Source: an uncultured Eubacteriales bacterium
GTDB lineage: Bacteria > Acidobacteriota > Aminicenantia > Aminicenantales > Aminicenantaceae
DNA: 64,000 nt
NCBI GenBank assembly: GCA_964347035.1
Contig: CAYFXE010000003.1
Span: 17,570-81,569 of the forward strand
Direction: 5' to 3'
Shown: positions 53,758-62,464 of the stretch, piece after piece
How the letters are laid out: each line of letters starts with the position of its first letter
Position numbering within the stretch: the first letter of the stretch is position 1
The notes under the pieces: generated by a model
Told to the model about the DNA's origin: nothing
Databases searched by the model: none
What the model saw: the letters and a program-made list of their open reading frames with translations, nothing else
Position numbers and translations under genes: made by a program

Positions 53758-53838
53758 TATTCTCAGTTGATCATGGGATACTTTAGACGAGACTTATATT
53801 CTTTTGTGAGAGCCCGTCTATTTTGCTATAATACTTAT

Positions 53839-56451
53839 ATGAAAAATAGACTTATTATCTTTCTTCTCCTGTTACCCTTATCCATTTCCACCCGACCGCT
53901 TCTAGCAACGGAATCATCAAGCGTCGGTGATCTCGTTTCAGAGATTCAGGAGTCTTTGAGGACAAGCAATCTCGAAGAGTACTTGATGAATTTTTCCCCT
54001 GAAATCAGAGAAAAAGAAGGAGAGAAGATTAGATATTTATTCGATCGATTTAAAATCGAAAATGTAACTCTTTTCAGGACGAGAAAGAGCCCACTCAATC
54101 ATGATGAATCCACGATCTATGTGCAAGCTCTTTTTCAGAATCCGTATTCCGTAGTGATCGAGACCTGGAAGATGCTTCTTCAGGAGGAGAATGGCCGCTG
54201 GCAGATAAGAGAGAAGAGCATATCTGGAGAAGTCAAGGAGCTCTACAAGGTCATGATTCCTTCCGATAATATCGAACGCGTAAGACGGATCGAGATTGAT
54301 CATGTCGATATCAAACTGACTTTCGAGAATGCTCTGCTTCTTTATGACAATATTCCCGGATTTGAAACTGCTCTGATCGTCCTCGGCGATGGGTTTCTTC
54401 ACTTTGATCCATCGAATCGTGAAGAGAAGCACCAGCTTGAGATGATCTTTAACAAGAGAGTCCTCGAAGATAAGCTAAGCTATGCTTACTTAAGGTTTTC
54501 AGACTTTTTTTTCAGCACGAATATCAAGATTGTCCGATATTCTCGGCCTCAAAAACTGAATATTACCCAGGAGGAACGGAACAAAGCCAGTTCATTGTTT
54601 TCTAAACATTATCCTCGTTCCTTCACTATCGAGAACTCTCTCAACGGAGAACTCCTTTCTTTCTTGCCTAAAGGAAAGGAGACTGTCTTCGAATTCGAGG
54701 GAAGCCGGATAGGGACATACACATATATATATTCGCCTTTTGCTGAAGAAGAAGTGAATCTTTTCCAGTGGGAAGATGAAAAAATCATCAGCTTGTATTC
54801 TCCCCAGGATGATGAGAAGGAGAGGAAGATATTTTTCTCATTTGATCGGATGTTCGACATCACAAATTACGAAATCGATATTGCGTTTGAACCCAAAGAT
54901 GCATATCTATCGGGGAAAGCAAGAATTTACATAAGTTCAGGAGTTGGGTCTCTGGACGGGATTAAATTGAAATTCAACCCTGCTTTGGAGATTCTCCGCA
55001 TCAATGATAAAGAGAAACATGCGCTATTTTACACTCAAGATAGACTCAGGAAATACGTGTATATCTATTTTATTCAGCCGTTGACAAAGGGAGAAGAAAG
55101 CGCGATCGAGGTTTTCTACAGAGGAAAACTTATCCCTCCTAGGCAAACCACAGATGTTGTTGCCGGCCCTCAGGTTATCGATGAAACGTTCATCAATACA
55201 CCTATACGATATGAGAGTTATCTCTACACCCAATCTGCCTACTGGTATCCCTCTCCTCCTGGTGACGATTACTTTCAGGCCAGATTGAAGATCATCTGTC
55301 CACCAGAATATACTTGTGTTGCTAACGGAGAAAAAATAGAAGAATACGTACTCAACGGTATCGAGAGGGTTGAAGAAATAGAAAAAATGGGAAATTCTGT
55401 TTATGTTTTTGAGACGAAACGTCCGATCAAATACATTTCCTTTATCGTCGGAAAATTCAAAAAGGTTGAAGAAAAACACTCTGGCCTACCTTTAAGGTTT
55501 TTTAGATCATCCTTTCTTCGGATTCAAAAGAGAGATCTTCTCGAAGAGGCGAAGAAGATCATTCGGTTTTACGAGAGTAAATTTGGCTCTTATCCCTATG
55601 AAAAATTGACCATCGTCTACAGGATTTGGCCGAGGAGCGGAGGACACAGTCCAGCCTCATTCATTGTGCTCAATGAGTTGCCCGTTACTCGGAATACAAG
55701 ACGTTTCCTGAATAGACAAAGCCCCGTGGATTTTTCCCGTTGGAAGGAATATTTTCTCGCCCACGAAATTGCCCACCAGTGGTGGGGACAAGGGATGACC
55801 TGGAAGAGTTACCATGATCAGTGGTTGAGTGAGGGGCTGGCCCAATTTTCATCCATTCTGTATTTGAGAGAGAAACATGGGGATAAGGTGATCGCTCCGA
55901 TCCTGAAACAACTGTCCAGTTGGAGTGAGAGAAAATCGGACTGGGGAGCCATAACCATGGGCTCCCGGATAAGCTACTTTGATTATGAGGCCTTCCAATC
56001 GATCATCTACAATAAGACCTCTTTGGTCTTGAATTTATTGTGGGATCTTCTTGGTGATGAGCTTTTTTTTGAAGGATTGACGACATTTTTTTCCGAGCAT
56101 AAATACGATGTGGCCAGCACGAATGACTTCATCCGAACCTTTAATCAGATTTCTGGACAGGATCTGAGTCTGTTTTTCGAAGGTTGGCTCAAATCCCATA
56201 CTCTTCCTGAAGTGAAAGTCATGCATTCTTACAAAAAGGAAGGCGGACGTTATATCCTTGAACTAACCATCCGACAGATAAAGGATATTTTTGTCTTTCC
56301 TCTCTGGGTGGAGTGGTCTCATAACGGCGGGAAAATCACTGAGAAGATTATAATTGATGATAAGAATGAAAAATTTAACTTTGAATTAGGGGATAAGCCT
56401 AGAAAAATCAAAGTGAATCCGAGAAAAGCAGTCCCCGGAAGATTTCATTAG
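53839..56451 (+). CDS. M1-family zinc metallopeptidase (aminopeptidase N-like), exported
   Basis: HEIAHQWWG plus WLSEGLAQF gluzincin motifs. The signal peptide MKNRLIIFLLLLPLSIS starts at the ATG at 53839. The ORF-track start at 53767 is less likely. Confidence 0.85.
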   Translation: MKNRLIIFLLLLPLSISTRPLLATESSSVGDLVSEIQESLRTSNLEEYLMNFSPEIREKEGEKIRYLFDRFKIENVTLFRTRKSPLNHDESTIYVQALFQNPYSVVIETWKMLLQEENGRWQIREKSISGEVKELYKVMIPSDNIERVRRIEIDHVDIKLTFENALLLYDNIPGFETALIVLGDGFLHFDPSNREEKHQLEMIFNKRVLEDKLSYAYLRFSDFFFSTNIKIVRYSRPQKLNITQEERNKASSLFSKHYPRSFTIENSLNGELLSFLPKGKETVFEFEGSRIGTYTYIYSPFAEEEVNLFQWEDEKIISLYSPQDDEKERKIFFSFDRMFDITNYEIDIAFEPKDAYLSGKARIYISSGVGSLDGIKLKFNPALEILRINDKEKHALFYTQDRLRKYVYIYFIQPLTKGEESAIEVFYRGKLIPPRQTTDVVAGPQVIDETFINTPIRYESYLYTQSAYWYPSPPGDDYFQARLKIICPPEYTCVANGEKIEEYVLNGIERVEEIEKMGNSVYVFETKRPIKYISFIVGKFKKVEEKHSGLPLRFFRSSFLRIQKRDLLEEAKKIIRFYESKFGSYPYEKLTIVYRIWPRSGGHSPASFIVLNELPVTRNTRRFLNRQSPVDFSRWKEYFLAHEIAHQWWGQGMTWKSYHDQWLSEGLAQFSSILYLREKHGDKVIAPILKQLSSWSERKSDWGAITMGSRISYFDYEAFQSIIYNKTSLVLNLLWDLLGDELFFEGLTTFFSEHKYDVASTNDFIRTFNQISGQDLSLFFEGWLKSHTLPEVKVMHSYKKEGGRYILELTIRQIKDIFVFPLWVEWSHNGGKITEKIIIDDKNEKFNFELGDKPRKIKVNPRKAVPGRFH

Positions 56452-56462
56452 ACTTTCCTTCC

Positions 56463-57854
56463 TCAATCATAGATACTGTTTGTATTGATTTTCAATCTTT
56501 TGATCATCTCATTTAACGTCGTCGGCTTTATTCCCAATATACTGGCTGCCTTTTTTTGCACGCCCTTGGTCTCTTTCAGGGCTTCTATGATGGCTTTTTT
56601 CTGGTAGGATTGAATCTGTTCCTTCAGATTGATTTCATTGTTATAAGAGGTAATGGTTTTCCGTTCTTCTCTCTGGGTTCCCAGGAGGAATGGAGGAAGG
56701 GTATTCCGGGTGATGAGCTTTGACTTGGTAAGAACGACTGCTCTCTCGATGAGATTTTCTAACTCACGAATATTTCCTGGCCAATCGTATTCGTCGAAAA
56801 TTTCCATCACATCTTCAGAGACGCCGAGAATTTCCTTTTTATTTTCTTTGGCATAGATATCCAGAAAGTGTTTAACGAGGAGAGGAATGTCTTCCTTTCG
56901 ATCTCGAAGAGGCGGTAGTTCGATTTTGATAACGTTTAACCTGTAAAAAAGGTCATCTCTGAAATTCTTCTCCTCGATGAGCTTCTCTAGGTCTGCGTTG
57001 GTGGCGGCGATGACCCGGACATTCACTCGGGTCGTCTTGGTTCCGCCCAGTCTCATGAATTCTCGATCCTGCATGACCCGAAGCAATTTGGCCTGCGTTT
57101 CAAGGTTGAGGGAGGATATTTCATCGAAGAAAATAGTTCCTTTATCTGCTGCTTCGAAGAGGCCTTTTTTATTGCTTACGGCTCCGGTGAAGGCTCCTTT
57201 CACATGGCCAAAAAGATGACTCTCTAAAAGATCGGGGGGGAGTGAACCGCTGTTAACGACGATGAAAGGAAAGCTCGAACGGGCACTGTTTTGATGGATG
57301 GCTCTCGCTACCAGTTCCTTACCTGTGCCGCTTTCGCCCTGGATGAGGATCGTGCTCCGTGTGGGAGCTGAGGCCTTTATGGTTTCGAACACATTTTGCA
57401 TCAGTTTGCTATTGCCGATGATGTTTTCGAAACTGAATTTCTTCTTGAGCTCGTCCTTCAAACGAAGATTTTCTTCTTGGAGTTTCTTATGTCCCAGGGC
57501 TCTCTTGACGGTCAACAGCAACTCATCGTGCTTGAACGGTTTTTGAATGTAGTCGAAGGCTCCCATCTTCATGGCGGAAATCGCGGATTCCAAAGACGCA
57601 TAGGCCGTGATGATAATGATGACGGCAGAGGGATCTATCTTTTTCAGCTGCTTGAGGACCTCTAGTCCGTCAATTCCGGGCATCAGGAGGTCCAGAAGCA
57701 CAAGATCAAATTCTTGGCTAGAATGCTTGTCGAGGGCCTCCTCTCCGCTGGCTGACATTTCCACGTCAAAACCCTCGGCTGTGAGTAGGTCACCCAGGAC
57801 TTCATGGATTATGGGTTCATCGTCGATAATGTGTATCGATCCGTTTTCGTTCAT
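56463..57854 (-). CDS. NtrC-family sigma54-dependent response regulator
   Basis: Receiver domain (LVLLDLLMPGIDG), an AAA+ domain with GESGTGKELVARAIH and GAFTGA, and a C-terminal Fis-type HTH. Confidence 0.9.
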   Translation of the reverse strand: MNENGSIHIIDDEPIIHEVLGDLLTAEGFDVEMSASGEEALDKHSSQEFDLVLLDLLMPGIDGLEVLKQLKKIDPSAVIIIITAYASLESAISAMKMGAFDYIQKPFKHDELLLTVKRALGHKKLQEENLRLKDELKKKFSFENIIGNSKLMQNVFETIKASAPTRSTILIQGESGTGKELVARAIHQNSARSSFPFIVVNSGSLPPDLLESHLFGHVKGAFTGAVSNKKGLFEAADKGTIFFDEISSLNLETQAKLLRVMQDREFMRLGGTKTTRVNVRVIAATNADLEKLIEEKNFRDDLFYRLNVIKIELPPLRDRKEDIPLLVKHFLDIYAKENKKEILGVSEDVMEIFDEYDWPGNIRELENLIERAVVLTKSKLITRNTLPPFLLGTQREERKTITSYNNEINLKEQIQSYQKKAIIEALKETKGVQKKAASILGIKPTTLNEMIKRLKINTNSIYD

Positions 57855-60667
57855 TGTTCAGTCTCTTTATAAGATTTCTTAACAGTGTTTTTTTTGTCTA
57901 GATCCATCGGGATAAAAATGGTGAAGGTCGAACCTTTGTTTTCCTCGCTTTCGACAGCTAAGTGTCCTTCGTGTTCCTTGATAACAGCATAACTTATGGA
58001 AAGACCAAGACCAGTTCCCTTACCCAATCCTTTGGTCGTGAAAAAAGGGTCAAATATATGAGGCAAATGCTGGTCTTTTATCCCTGTTCCTGTGTCCTCT
58101 ATTCTGATGATTGCCTCATTATCCTTTTGATCGAGTTCGATTTTAAGGGTTCCTCCTTCGGGCATGGCATCAATGGCATTGAGGATGATGTTGATAAAAA
58201 CTTGCTGGAGTCTTTCCCCTTGAGCCAAGATAGGACTGAGGGGAGACAGGTTCAGTTCAAGATCTATGTTCAGAGTTTTTAATTTATAATCAATCAAAGA
58301 AATAATCTCCTGAAGGCTTTCTTTGAGGTTGACGTAATAGAAAGACGTCTCGGATGGATTTCGGGCGAAGTTCAGGAGATTTTTAATGATGCGAGCCACT
58401 CTTTCAGTTTGCGCTTCGATTTTATCCAGAATTTGGCCATGTCCGGAAGCTGAGAGCTTTTTTTGAAGGATTTGAACATAGCTCGAAATTCCTGTGAGAG
58501 GTGTGTTGATCTCATGGGCTACTCCGGCTGAAAGGAGTCCGATAGAAGCTAGTTTTTCAGATGTCACCAGCTGTTGCTGAAGAGAAATTTTTTCTGTGAT
58601 ATCCTCGAAAACAATCACTGTTCCGTAGGGATTCAATTCATTATCGAGAAGTGGGGTTTTGGCGATGTCGAATATTTTTTTTCGTCCTGATGGCATCTCG
58701 AGCGTGATCTCGCTCAGCAGACGAAAACCTTTCTGTGTGTCCGAGGGAAAGAGAGCTCTGAAATTTTTACTTCCCAAAATTTCTATCAGGTTTTTATCTA
58801 TAACATCTTCTTTTTTCTTATCAAAGGTTTCCTCGAGCACACGATTCCAGCCAATGATCACACCTTTCTGATCAAGCACGGCCACTCCGACGGTTAAGCT
58901 CTCGATGATGTTTTCACTATAATCCTTGAGCCTTCCCAGCTCCAATGCTCTCTCGCTGGCCTGGTTGTACAGATAAGCATTCTCCAGAGCTAAAGCCACG
59001 GGAGAAGAGATGGTTCGTAAAAGTTCCCAGTCCTCAGAGGTCAGGAAGGTGTTGTCGACTTTTTTCCCCATCCCCAGACATCCGATCAATTTGTCCTCGA
59101 CCTTGAGAGGCATGAAGTGGAAAAAGCCGAAGGTTGTCGCTTTGTTGGCTGAATAGAATGAGAGAGACTCTTTCTTCTTCAAATTTTGATAAAGGTTCTC
59201 GTCGAAAGTAATGATGTTTCGAGAAAGCGGTACCTTTCCTTTAGATTTTAAGATCGTGAACGAATTTTTTTTGTTGTCTATCGGAAGGAGAAGAGCAATG
59301 GATTTGAGAGATAGAGCATTAGCAATGAGTTCCAGAAGCGATTGTGACAGTCTTTGGAGATTCCGTTCACGAGAGATCTCCTGACTTATTGAGAGAAGAG
59401 TTTTACGGTATTTGTAGCTTCGTTTGTAAAAGGCTCTATCGATGAGCGATTGGAAAAGCTTTTTAAGCGGAGTGAACAACGTGGCCCCGAGAATGATGGC
59501 CATGATTCCCAAAACGAGGGCGGTCGGTCTGTTCTCAGAAAAAATCTTTGTCTGTGAGCTGACGATAAAATAGACGATGGCGATGACGACATAAGATGAA
59601 ATCAGGGTTAAGGCTTTCTTGAGGAGAACTTCAAAATCCATGATCTTGTAGCGAGAAATAGAGTAGGCGAACGTGAGAGGGATCAGGGCCTGAAGAATGA
59701 CGGTGAGCTCAGCGGCCTTGGAGGGCAGGTGGCCGAAGATAAAAGGAACGATGTAGAAAAGGGTAAAGGGAATGATGCCAAAACCCAAGCCATAAGCAAT
59801 CCATTTCAGTTGCTTCTTGATGATGAGGCTTGGAGGCTTAAGACTGCTTTGGAGGATAATTCCCATGGTGATGATAGAGAAGAGGGCAAAGTGGATAAGA
59901 TCTAGTTTTTCTGAGGTTTTATACAATCGAAGGACGAGGAAATCCTCCATCCCTTTGAGAAAAGGCAGATGAAGCATAATTTTGGAAACGAGGAGCACGG
60001 CAGCCGGAACGTATAAGAAAAAAACAGAAGAGGGTTTTTCTTTGAGGGTTTTTTTTCTGTTGGGAAAGATGAGGAAAAAGTGAAGAAACAACGGAGGGAA
60101 AAGACAAAAGGCGACTTTGTCTAACCAGTAGAACACACTGTCTAGTGTATTCATTTCTCCGGTTGGTGAGAAAATGTAGAAGGAGTAGAATGTCAACGAA
60201 AGGAGATAAAAATAGATATAGGGCATGGAAAATGGTCTTTTCGAATTCAGGAAAACGATGATCCCGATGATCAGCGTGGTGAGACCAATAAGGGCCAGGT
60301 AGTAGTAGATAAGGCTGGCCCCTTTACGTGTTACGAAAAAAGAGGGAAAAATCAGCTCTCCCTCTCGATTGACTTGATAGGTGACTTTTTGATCGGAACT
60401 CCACGCCATCCAGAGATTCTTGGCTACATCTATCCGGTTTCCGACAGGGCTGTTGTTAATCGAGTAGAGAATGTCTCCCTTCTTGATTCCCGCGAGATAG
60501 GCGGGGCTATCGATCTCGACAGTCAATGCAACCAGGGCTCCGGATTTTTTCTGCCAGTACACGCCGTCTGTCGGTTCTTTCCATGTGATTTTCTTTGTGA
60601 TATTCCAGATGCCCAGAACAAGGAAGATCAGAACGGGAAGAATAGCCAGAAAGATTTTTTTATTCAT
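57851..60667 (-). CDS. Sensor histidine kinase with N-terminal PDZ-like domain, polytopic membrane region, GAF/PAS segments, HisKA and HATPase_c
   Basis: PDZ-like segment (VALTVEIDSPAYLAGIKKGDILYSINN), about 8 TM helices, the H-box AGVAHEINTPL, and the G-boxes DTGTGI / GTGLGLS. It overlaps the regulator gene by 4 nt. Confidence 0.85.
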   Translation of the reverse strand: MNKKIFLAILPVLIFLVLGIWNITKKITWKEPTDGVYWQKKSGALVALTVEIDSPAYLAGIKKGDILYSINNSPVGNRIDVAKNLWMAWSSDQKVTYQVNREGELIFPSFFVTRKGASLIYYYLALIGLTTLIIGIIVFLNSKRPFSMPYIYFYLLSLTFYSFYIFSPTGEMNTLDSVFYWLDKVAFCLFPPLFLHFFLIFPNRKKTLKEKPSSVFFLYVPAAVLLVSKIMLHLPFLKGMEDFLVLRLYKTSEKLDLIHFALFSIITMGIILQSSLKPPSLIIKKQLKWIAYGLGFGIIPFTLFYIVPFIFGHLPSKAAELTVILQALIPLTFAYSISRYKIMDFEVLLKKALTLISSYVVIAIVYFIVSSQTKIFSENRPTALVLGIMAIILGATLFTPLKKLFQSLIDRAFYKRSYKYRKTLLSISQEISRERNLQRLSQSLLELIANALSLKSIALLLPIDNKKNSFTILKSKGKVPLSRNIITFDENLYQNLKKKESLSFYSANKATTFGFFHFMPLKVEDKLIGCLGMGKKVDNTFLTSEDWELLRTISSPVALALENAYLYNQASERALELGRLKDYSENIIESLTVGVAVLDQKGVIIGWNRVLEETFDKKKEDVIDKNLIEILGSKNFRALFPSDTQKGFRLLSEITLEMPSGRKKIFDIAKTPLLDNELNPYGTVIVFEDITEKISLQQQLVTSEKLASIGLLSAGVAHEINTPLTGISSYVQILQKKLSASGHGQILDKIEAQTERVARIIKNLLNFARNPSETSFYYVNLKESLQEIISLIDYKLKTLNIDLELNLSPLSPILAQGERLQQVFINIILNAIDAMPEGGTLKIELDQKDNEAIIRIEDTGTGIKDQHLPHIFDPFFTTKGLGKGTGLGLSISYAVIKEHEGHLAVESEENKGSTFTIFIPMDLDKKNTVKKSYKETEQ

Positions 60668-60733
60668 CGTGATTGATTTTTTCCGAAGAATCCAAAAAAT
60701 TGAATCATGACTATAAAAAAATTTAATGGAGAA

Positions 60734-61009
60734 TTACTCTAATATATGCCCCTCCCCAGCTCTTATGGCCCATTTGATGCTCGATTGCTTAAGGAGTTTT
60801 TTCAAAAAGAGATCTTCCTTTAATCCCAGAGGCTTGGTATCACGTGATAGGAATGTGCTCATGTAGTCGTATTTCGGTTTTTTCACACTCTGGGGGTGAG
60901 GTGATCTGGCCAGCATGAGTCTTGAGCTTGGTTCTTTCTCTTGCTGGAAGGTATGGAGAAGGGAGACGAGGAGGAAGGCTAAAATAATGGTGAAAATCTT
61001 GGTTTTCAT
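60734..61009 (-). CDS. Small secreted protein of unknown function upstream of the kinase gene
   Basis: 91 aa with the signal peptide MKTKIFTIILAFLLVSLLHTF. No recognisable domain. Confidence 0.4.
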   Translation of the reverse strand: MKTKIFTIILAFLLVSLLHTFQQEKEPSSRLMLARSPHPQSVKKPKYDYMSTFLSRDTKPLGLKEDLFLKKLLKQSSIKWAIRAGEGHILE

Positions 61010-61048
61010 TACTTAAAAACATAAAACTTTCCTGGTTTTTTGTCAATA

Positions 61049-61110
61049 TCAGTTCAGTTGTCAGAATAAAAGAAAATCTTTCTTTAAATGATAACTGATA
61101 ACTGGGAACT
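61049..61110. promoter_or_regulatory. Imperfect inverted array of CAGTT repeats in the divergent promoter region
   Basis: TCAGTTCAGTTGTCAG lies at 61049-61064. On the opposite strand, 61086-61110 reads CTTCAGTTCCCAGTTATCAGTTATC. The 12-mer CAGTTATCAGTT (reverse complement of 61093-61104) is identical to 28909-28920. Confidence 0.35.
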
Positions 61111-61189
61111 GAAGAAAAAATTCAAACAATTTTGTGTTGAATAGACTAAATAGTATAGGGGATAGGGTTGTAGGTGAACTCTGTGTGAT

Positions 61190-61218
61190 TTGACAAAATA
61201 TAGAGTATAACCTAATAT
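61190..61218 (+). promoter_or_regulatory. Putative sigma70 promoter of gspF/gspE (TTGACA-17-TAATAT)
   Basis: -35 box at 61190-61195 and -10 box at 61213-61218, upstream of the GTG at 61256. Confidence 0.45.
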
Positions 61219-61255
61219 GATTCCTAGATAACCTACAGGAAACAAAGGATAAACA

Positions 61256-62464
61256 GTGCCTCATTTCATCTGTCGATTAGCCAAAGAAGACGGTATTTCC
61301 TTTTTACAGTCTTATTTTGCTCCTTCCCCCCGAGAGTGTCGAGTTCATTTTGAATCGGAGGGGCTGTGCGTCCTTTCTGTCAAGAGGGATTGGCGAAAAT
61401 TCAAAGCTCCTCTCATCCCTTTTGAGAGAAAGATCAAGGACAGAGACTTCATCATGTTCAACCAGGAGTTTGTGGCTCTGATCAAGGCGGGCTATCCTAT
61501 ACTCAAGAGCATCGAAATCATTGTCAGCCGAGTCAAAAATCTCCATTTGAAAGAAATATTGATGAAGGTCGAGAGCGAAATCCGAGGAGGCAAGTCGATC
61601 TCAGAAGCCTTCAGTCCTTACAGAAAAGTCTTCTCCAACGTTTATATCGCAGCTCTCATGGCTGGAGAGCGAAGCGGGAATCTCGCTGATACCATCACCC
61701 GTTATGTCGATTATGCGCGGATTATTGCCAGGACAAAATCCCGAATACGATCGGCCTTGAGTTATCCCACTCTGCTTCTCTTCTTTTCTTTGCTTCTGCT
61801 GTTTATTCTGCTCAATTTCGTCCTTCCTCGTTTTTCTGATTTCTATGCGGACTTCGAAGCTCAACTCCCTGGAATAACCCAGACTTTGATGTCCATTTCC
61901 TTGGCTGTGAGGAGCAACATCTGGATTCTCACTGGCTTTGTTTTCTTGATTATTTTGATATCTTTCCGGATTCGCAAGAACGAAAAAGCGCTCGTCCTTA
62001 TTGACAGAGCCAAGTTAAAGATTCCTTACGGAGGTGCTATTTGGCTCGAATCATCCATTTCGCTCTTTTGTCGAACGCTGAGCCTTCTTCTCGAAGGAGG
62101 AATCTCGCTTCTCGCTTCTGTAGGAGTGGCGCGCCAAGCGGTCCCGAATAAATGTCTTGGACAAATGCTGGACAGGCTCCCCGAGGATATCAAGAATGGA
62201 GAGAGCTTATCGGAGTCGCTGACACATTCAGGATTCTTTCCCCTGCTCGCTCTCGATATGATTCGTATTGGAGAAACCTCAGCCAACTTGGAGGGGATGT
62301 TGATTGATGTCGCCGATGTCTACGATGAAAGAATTCAATCCAAAATCAATACGTTTGTTTCGCTTGTGGAGCCGATTATCATTATTTTCATGGGTCTGGT
62401 TGTGGCCGGCATGCTCCTCTCGGTTTATCTCCCGATTTTTAATATAATAAAAGTAGCAAGATAA
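61256..62464 (+). CDS. Type II secretion / type IV pilus platform protein (GspF/PilC family)
   Basis: Two T2SF-type repeats, three TM segments, and the family-typical ending LLSVYLPIFNI. Confidence 0.85.
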   Translation: MPHFICRLAKEDGISFLQSYFAPSPRECRVHFESEGLCVLSVKRDWRKFKAPLIPFERKIKDRDFIMFNQEFVALIKAGYPILKSIEIIVSRVKNLHLKEILMKVESEIRGGKSISEAFSPYRKVFSNVYIAALMAGERSGNLADTITRYVDYARIIARTKSRIRSALSYPTLLLFFSLLLLFILLNFVLPRFSDFYADFEAQLPGITQTLMSISLAVRSNIWILTGFVFLIILISFRIRKNEKALVLIDRAKLKIPYGGAIWLESSISLFCRTLSLLLEGGISLLASVGVARQAVPNKCLGQMLDRLPEDIKNGESLSESLTHSGFFPLLALDMIRIGETSANLEGMLIDVADVYDERIQSKINTFVSLVEPIIIIFMGLVVAGMLLSVYLPIFNIIKVAR

